From positions 191,874 to 215,873 of the forward strand of contig JAHDQO010000002.1 in the NCBI GenBank assembly GCA_018433765.1: a stretch of DNA of 24,000 bases, written 5' to 3'. This stretch comes from Tissierellales bacterium. GTDB lineage: Bacteria; Bacillota; Clostridia; Tissierellales; Sedimentibacteraceae. The notes beneath the pieces were generated by a model that made no database searches, had not been told where the DNA came from, and was given only the letters and a program-made list of their open reading frames with translations. Both the position numbers and the translations under genes were made by a program. Positions 18,669 to 24,000 of this stretch are shown piece by piece (the stretch's first letter is position 1; each line of letters begins with the position of its first letter).

Positions 18669-19641
18669 AGAGCATATTATCCTTTAAATTATCATATATT
18701 TTTTTTACATATATAGGTCTCTTTGTATATCCTAGAATTATTATTCTTTCTATAAATTTATTATCCAAAATTTTCTTAATGTAAATATTGTCATATAAAT
18801 CGCTAATATCAAAGCAATGTGCTGTTGTGATAATATTTACTCCACTTTTTAATGCATACTGTATAATTTCAAAATCTTCTGCAGAACCTAATTCATCTGA
18901 AACTATTATTTTAGGTGCTAATGAACGAATACTCATAAAAAAACCATCTTTCTTTAAGCAATATGATAATATATCAGTACGTCTACCTATATATATTTGT
19001 GGTATACCATTGTATTGCGAAGCTATTTCTCCTCTTTCGTCAATAACTGTAATATCACATCCATAGAATTCAGGATTAGCTATACCATCGCTTAATTTTC
19101 TTGTTAGTTCTCTAATAAAAGTGGTTTTCCCTGACAATGGAGGTCCTGCTATTAAAGTATTGTAGATTTGCCTGCTGTTTTTTATAATATATTTGTAGTA
19201 ATTGTTTGTACAATTGTTATAATCTTTTGCCACACGTATATTAAATGAAGTTATATTTTTGAATCCAGTAAAATCCTTTTCATGATATATGCAGTCTCCA
19301 CTAATACCTACTCTATGTCCTCCTTGTATCGTTATGTATCCTCTTTTTATTTCATTTTCATAGGCATGTATTGAATAAGAAGTTAAAGCAGCCATAGTAT
19401 GTTTTATATCATTCCTATTTACTTTGTAATATGAATCATTGTACGTATGGGAATACTTATTATAGCTTATAAAATAATTGCCCTGCATAGTTTTAATATA
19501 TATAGGTGTGTTAACTCTAATCCTTATTTCATAGGTATCTTGAATGATTATACTGTTCTGAGTTAACATAATATTTTTTATGTTAATACTCAAATATTTT
19601 ATAATGTTATTAATCACATTCATTTCATTTTTCTTATCCAA
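18652..19641 (-). CDS. spoIIIAA: Stage III sporulation protein AA (ATPase)
   Basis: Walker A NTLIAGPPLSGKTTFIRELTR, ITVIDERGEIA, IVSDELGSAED. Start codon is TTG at 19641 with AGGAGGA at 19654-19648. Confidence 0.93.
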   Translation of the reverse strand: MDKKNEMNVINNIIKYLSINIKNIMLTQNSIIIQDTYEIRIRVNTPIYIKTMQGNYFISYNKYSHTYNDSYYKVNRNDIKHTMAALTSYSIHAYENEIKRGYITIQGGHRVGISGDCIYHEKDFTGFKNITSFNIRVAKDYNNCTNNYYKYIIKNSRQIYNTLIAGPPLSGKTTFIRELTRKLSDGIANPEFYGCDITVIDERGEIASQYNGIPQIYIGRRTDILSYCLKKDGFFMSIRSLAPKIIVSDELGSAEDFEIIQYALKSGVNIITTAHCFDISDLYDNIYIKKILDNKFIERIIILGYTKRPIYVKKIYDNLKDNMLYDNSN

Positions 19642-19690
19642 AACATGTCCTCCTATTTAATTTTATTAAATAGAAGCTTGTATATGACAA

Positions 19691-19727
19691 AAAATAAAAA
19701 AAAGATGACAACTATATGTCATCTTTT
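19691..19727 (-). terminator. Intrinsic terminator between the CD1247-like gene and spoIIIAA
   Basis: Minus strand AAAGATGACA-TATAGT-TGTCATCTTT (stem arms 19717-19726 and 19701-19710) followed by TTTTTATTTT. Confidence 0.88.
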
Positions 19728-19747
19728 CTAAAACTAGTAAATACTTT

Positions 19748-20035
19748 TTATTCTTCGATTACATCTTCAACTAACTCATCTTCAAATAAATTAGCATCAT
19801 CTATGCTGTAATCTCCAAACAATTCTTCTTCAACAGTTGATAAGTCTTCATCCATTAATTCTAAGTATTCATTTACTTCTACCTGTTCTTCGTCTAAATC
19901 GCCAATAATATCAGCCATTTCTTCAATAACATCAATTAAAGCACTGTATAACTTACTTTCTTTTGTGTCTCCATCAAGCTCAATTCCTTCAGCTAATCCT
20001 TTTAAATAAGCAATTTTTTCATATAAGTAATCCAT
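19748..20035 (-). CDS. Small acidic protein, CD1247 N-terminal-domain-like
   Basis: 95 aa, MDYLYEKIAYLKGLAEGIELDGDTKESKLYSALIDVIEEMADII..., highly acidic C-terminus; sits between efp and spoIIIAA as in many Clostridia. Confidence 0.8.
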   Translation of the reverse strand: MDYLYEKIAYLKGLAEGIELDGDTKESKLYSALIDVIEEMADIIGDLDEEQVEVNEYLELMDEDLSTVEEELFGDYSIDDANLFEDELVEDVIEE

Positions 20036-20046
20036 ACTTACCTCCT

Positions 20047-20604
20047 CTAAACTCTTGATAAATATTCTCCTGTTCTTGTATCAATTTTTATTTTATCCCC
20101 TATCTCAATAAATAGAGGTACAGTAACTGTAGCTCCTGTTTCAACTGTTGCAGGTTTATTAGCTCCTGTTGCTGTATCACCTTTAAATCCAGGCTCTGTA
20201 TGAGTTACTTCTAATTCTACAAAATTTGGTGCCTGAACCTCAAAAGGCTTTTCTTCGTGAAAACGAATTATTGCATTTTCATTTTCTTTAAGATAAATTA
20301 TAGCATTTTCTACTTGATCATGATTTAATGGAATTTGCTCATATGTTTCTAAATCCATAAAATAATACAACTCACCATCATTATATAAATATTGCATCTC
20401 TTTTGTTTCTATATGAGCTTTTGGAAACTTTTCTGTAGGGTTAAAAGCTTCTTCTCTTATTGCGCCTGTCTTAACATTTTTAAGTTTTGTTCGAACAAAT
20501 GCAGCTCCTTTCCCAGGTTTTACATGTTGAAAATCTATTATTTGCCATAATCCATTATTCCATATAACTGTAATTCCTTTCTTAAAGTCGCCTGCTGATA
20601 CCAT
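20047..20604 (-). CDS. efp: Translation elongation factor P
   Basis: 185 aa: [83 protein letters not shown]. Confidence 0.98.
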   Translation of the reverse strand: MVSAGDFKKGITVIWNNGLWQIIDFQHVKPGKGAAFVRTKLKNVKTGAIREEAFNPTEKFPKAHIETKEMQYLYNDGELYYFMDLETYEQIPLNHDQVENAIIYLKENENAIIRFHEEKPFEVQAPNFVELEVTHTEPGFKGDTATGANKPATVETGATVTVPLFIEIGDKIKIDTRTGEYLSRV

Positions 20605-20644
20605 ATGTCTCCTCCTTTATGTATTATTAACAGTTATGTAACTG

Positions 20645-21061
20645 TTATTCTAAAATTAAGATTCTTCCTGTTTCAACAACTATTGATATTTTTTTGGATT
20701 CTTTTGTTTTTTTATTAGTAATAGTAATAGTTTGAGAATTGTCAGGAGTACCATTATAATTAAAAGATATCTCTTGATGAATATAATCTAACTTAAAATT
20801 AGTTTTTAACTTAACTAGTTTTATTCTTTTTAGTGATTTCCTTAATTCATAACTATCATTTGTCAGAAGAATATAATATAATTCTTTATCGTTAGTCATG
20901 CTATTAATTCTGATTTTTCTTATATCATACGCTAATTCTTTTGTAAAACTCTCTAAATATGATTTATCATAGTTAAGCTTAGGTACAACTATTAATACTA
21001 TAACTATTATTAACGAAATAGTTATAATTAATTCAATTAAAGTAAATCCTTTTGTATTCAA
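20645..21061 (-). CDS. Type IV pilin-like / pseudopilin protein with prepilin N-terminus
   Basis: TTG start at 21061 with AAGGTG upstream; MNTKG|FTLIELIITISLIIVIVLIVVPKL is a class III/type IV prepilin signal. Confidence 0.85.
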   Translation of the reverse strand: MNTKGFTLIELIITISLIIVIVLIVVPKLNYDKSYLESFTKELAYDIRKIRINSMTNDKELYYILLTNDSYELRKSLKRIKLVKLKTNFKLDYIHQEISFNYNGTPDNSQTITITNKKTKESKKISIVVETGRILILE

Positions 21062-21126
21062 GTTTACACCTTAGTCAAATAAATTTAGTATCTTAAAATC
21101 TATTTATAACAATACTATACTAATTT

Positions 21127-21155
21127 ATATTAGCATTTTATTCTTCATAAAGCAA
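21127..21155 (-). promoter_or_regulatory. Candidate sigma-A promoter for the pilin-like gene / efp
   Basis: Minus strand TTGCTT (21155-21150) - 17 bp - TAATAT (21132-21127) with TGC extended -10; the AT-rich context makes chance matches common. Confidence 0.33.
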
Positions 21156-21216
21156 TATTAATTAATTAATTAATAACACTTTTATTCTTAATTTTATTTA
21201 AACTTTTATATCTGTT

Positions 21217-24000
21217 TTATTCAAGTTCAGGTAAATCTTTTATTTTTAAAATTATAGAGTCTTCTGCATTACCAACCATAACATCCATTTGAACAGTTGA
21301 ATCCACTTCAGCATTTACTTCTGCATCAAATAAGATAGCATAGATTTCTTTCTTTGATAATTTAGTTGAAATTTCTAATTCATTAGAATCAGATATTGTA
21401 ATATTGCTTTCTATAGGAGTTAAATTAATATCTCCTTCATCATTAGCTTTAAATAATCTAATATTAGAAAAAGTATATTTATCTGCATTGTTTTTGCATA
21501 AGTAGATATTATCATCTAGACCATTAGTTGAAAAAACAGTTCCATATGTGTTTTTGAAATTCTTTACAACATTAGGAGTAGTGTTATATGTATTATTTAA
21601 ATATAATCCTAAATGATATATCTCAGATCCAAATGTATCATTATTAAATTCCTTAAAAGATTTTGTACCTCTATTAAACCATTCATCGTCAGCTTTAAAA
21701 TATGCTGTATTATAATCATACCAACTGTTATTAAAACTAATTAGAGCAGATTTACCATCTTCAGATATATTATCTTTTAGATTAACAATTTTTAAGTTTT
21801 CACGAATTTCTTTTCCTTTATAGAAATATAAATAAAAATTATTAACTTTTTCATTAAAATTTACTTTTATTGCAGATCTGCCTTTAAATTCGTATTGTAT
21901 TTCTGGAGGCATTGCATCAATATATTTTTCAAAATATAAATTTGTTGTATTATAATCTTTATTTTTTGCTTTACTTATTATTTTATTAATACCATCGTTT
22001 AATAAAACATCAACACTATATAGCTGACCTTCAGATATCATGTTTGAACCTGTTATTGACTTTCCATCTACTATAAATGATGTTAATTCAATTATGCCGC
22101 TTTCTGCTTCAAAGTTAAGAGTAATAGTTCTGTTTCCTTTATTCTCATTAGGTATTTCTGTATTCCATTTTTCACCTATATAATTTAAAGTTGAAACTGT
22201 GTCTGTATCAGAAATATCATTATACACTTCTGCTTCAACTGAAAAATTATTTTCTATATTATTAGCATATTTTAAATCCACATTTTTTGTCATAGTATAA
22301 GGTATTTTAGATACAATTTCAGAAGGTATATTAGTATTTAAAATTGATAATTTTGTTTTATCATCTACAGTAACTGATATTGCAGCAGTTGTAGAATCTT
22401 GAACCATATCTAAATGTATATCCATATTAGGTAAATTGGTATTTGATATTGTTCTTGAGATGTTTGGAAATACCCTATATGAAGAAGAACCATCTAAGTC
22501 TTTATATTCAATATATGTATTAAGTTTACTTAAATCGTCAAGTTCAGGGTTTATATCACCTATAATATATGTTCCATTATTAAATACTCTGTTAACTTTT
22601 ATTTTAATAATTATAGGATCAGCTTCATAATATTTATTGTTAGGATTACTGTCATTAAGAACATATTTTACATCATTAATACTTCCAGTAATAGTATTAG
22701 TATTTGCATTTAAAAATGTACTGATATTAGTAATTTTTTTAACAGTTCCATCAATAATTGTCTCAATTTCTATATTTGGATTAACATTAAATTCATTAGG
22801 AAGTTTTGCATTAAAGTTTATTTGTTCTAGTGGTAGTTCTTGTATAATTTCATCACCTATTTGTGAATATATTATATCAATATCATCACCATTTGAGGCT
22901 ACATGATAATAATTATTTAAATTTGTATTATTTGATTTTTGTGCAACTGCTTTATTATTATTACTATCAATATTAAATCCAATAACATGTGTAGTAATGT
23001 TTATATCATCACTGTTATTTCCTAATAGAGTCTCAGCAACATTTAATACATACTCAGAACCCTTTAAAGTGCTGTTTGATCTAGGAATTATGAAATATTT
23101 ATTATCTTTATCAAAAAAATAATAATAATAACTGTAATTTTCATATTCATCAGGAAGCTCTATATCTCCATAATAATATGTATAATCGTTACTCCATTTC
23201 CTTTCAACCCATGTTGATTGTGTTTCATATCTTCCATTAATATTCTCATAATTACTTTTATTAAATCTAATAACAGGAATATTATCATAATAATGATGTA
23301 TATAATAATAACCACTATGCCAGCTATTACTGTTATACCTTCCTGTTATATTTTTATACCTGCCTTTAATAAAAACACTATTTTCATTAATTTCTTCAAA
23401 ATTATATACTTTCCTATGAACGTTTTTGATTTTTTTCCCATTAAAGTAAAATTCATCTATTATATTCCTGTTATCATCATAATATCCTTCTACCCATTTA
23501 GTTGTTTTTTCATAATGTCCTTCTATCCATCCTTTTGATTTAGTATAGAAGGTCGGCTCTCCATCAGTTAACAATATTATATACTTTTCTGCATCATCAT
23601 TGCCTGAATTCAACAAATTATAATAGGCTAAACGCAAACCATCTCCTGTATTAGTTCCTCCATCAGCACTTAAAGAATTTACAACATCATTTATTTTTGT
23701 TATTTGCTGACTATCATCTAAATCTGCAAAAACTTTACTATTAAATTGAACTACATTTGCTTTACTATTAAAATCTACTATAGATATTTTTATATTGCTT
23801 CCAGTACTCAGTTTGCTAACAAAATTTCTAAGAATCTTTTTTACAGCTGATATACGAGACATTTTTTTATTATTATATCTTGTCTTATCTTCCATACTGC
23901 CTGAAGTATCTACTACTAGAACAACTTCTTTATCCTTATCTTTTGTAACATCATTATAAGGTATGATTTGAGGATCGATGATATACTTTATGATAAAACT
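21217..24000 (-). CDS. VWA-domain surface/secreted protein; 5' end beyond window edge
   Basis: Reverse-strand reading frame stays open upstream of the called ATG 23895 to the edge: ...DKDKEVVLVVDTSGSMEDKTR (MIDAS DxSxS), GGTNTGDGLRLA, YIILLTDGEP. Long C-terminal region with Ig-like/beta-rich character. Confidence 0.88.
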   Translation of the reverse strand, partial: SFIIKYIIDPQIIPYNDVTKDKDKEVVLVVDTSGSMEDKTRYNNKKMSRISAVKKILRNFVSKLSTGSNIKISIVDFNSKANVVQFNSKVFADLDDSQQITKINDVVNSLSADGGTNTGDGLRLAYYNLLNSGNDDAEKYIILLTDGEPTFYTKSKGWIEGHYEKTTKWVEGYYDDNRNIIDEFYFNGKKIKNVHRKVYNFEEINENSVFIKGRYKNITGRYNSNSWHSGYYYIHHYYDNIPVIRFNKSNYENINGRYETQSTWVERKWSNDYTYYYGDIELPDEYENYSYYYYFFDKDNKYFIIPRSNSTLKGSEYVLNVAETLLGNNSDDINITTHVIGFNIDSNNNKAVAQKSNNTNLNNYYHVASNGDDIDIIYSQIGDEIIQELPLEQINFNAKLPNEFNVNPNIEIETIIDGTVKKITNISTFLNANTNTITGSINDVKYVLNDSNPNNKYYEADPIIIKIKVNRVFNNGTYIIGDINPELDDLSKLNTYIEYKDLDGSSSYRVFPNISRTISNTNLPNMDIHLDMVQDSTTAAISVTVDDKTKLSILNTNIPSEIVSKIPYTMTKNVDLKYANNIENNFSVEAEVYNDISDTDTVSTLNYIGEKWNTEIPNENKGNRTITLNFEAESGIIELTSFIVDGKSITGSNMISEGQLYSVDVLLNDGINKIISKAKNKDYNTTNLYFEKYIDAMPPEIQYEFKGRSAIKVNFNEKVNNFYLYFYKGKEIRENLKIVNLKDNISEDGKSALISFNNSWYDYNTAYFKADDEWFNRGTKSFKEFNNDTFGSEIYHLGLYLNNTYNTTPNVVKNFKNTYGTVFSTNGLDDNIYLCKNNADKYTFSNIRLFKANDEGDINLTPIESNITISDSNELEISTKLSKKEIYAILFDAEVNAEVDSTVQMDVMVGNAEDSIILKIKDLPELE

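Noticed and set aside
21160-21175. ATTAATTAATTAATTAA tract in the intergenic region as a repeat element
   Set aside because: Short low-complexity AT sequence expected in a genome of this composition; no longer repeat structure.
886-23538. Remaining plus-strand ORFs in the track (e.g. 886-1092, 1278-1532, 5094-5405, 8336-8566, 12424-12711, 16655-16981, 23218-23538)
   Set aside because: All lie antisense inside well-supported minus-strand genes, have low-complexity hydrophobic or Ser/Phe/Ile-rich composition, and carry no recognisable motifs.
1-24000. CRISPR arrays, toxin-antitoxin modules, phage genes, defence systems or biosynthetic clusters
   Set aside because: No regularly spaced repeats or signature proteins seen; almost all of the window is conserved core/sporulation gene content.

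Overview
The window is an AT-rich segment from an endospore-forming Firmicute (Clostridia-like), with essentially every gene on the minus strand. In transcription order (high to low coordinate): a secreted-type VWA-domain protein open at the window edge; a type IV pilin-like protein; efp; a small acidic CD1247-like protein; spoIIIAA-AH; an Asp23/Gls24 protein; nusB; a TsaD/Kae1-like paralog; xseA; xseB; a structured ~560-nt noncoding RNA; oapA; tlyA; argR; recN; spoIVB; spo0A; a NUDIX ADP-ribose pyrophosphatase; spoIIM; a XerD-type recombinase; deoB; pdp; and dacF, open at the other edge. The most notable element is the GC-richer noncoding block at about 10985-11547 (minus strand), between xseB and oapA. 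Its position, size, neighbouring OapA-like membrane protein, long-range helices and dedicated promoter all match OLE RNA (ornate, large, extremophilic RNA), a known class whose biochemical role is still incompletely understood. The second notable item is the VWA protein, which carries a ~160-aa tyrosine-rich repeat-like insertion inside its VWA fold and sits beside a pilin-like gene. No CRISPR array, tRNA, rRNA or transposon was recognised.
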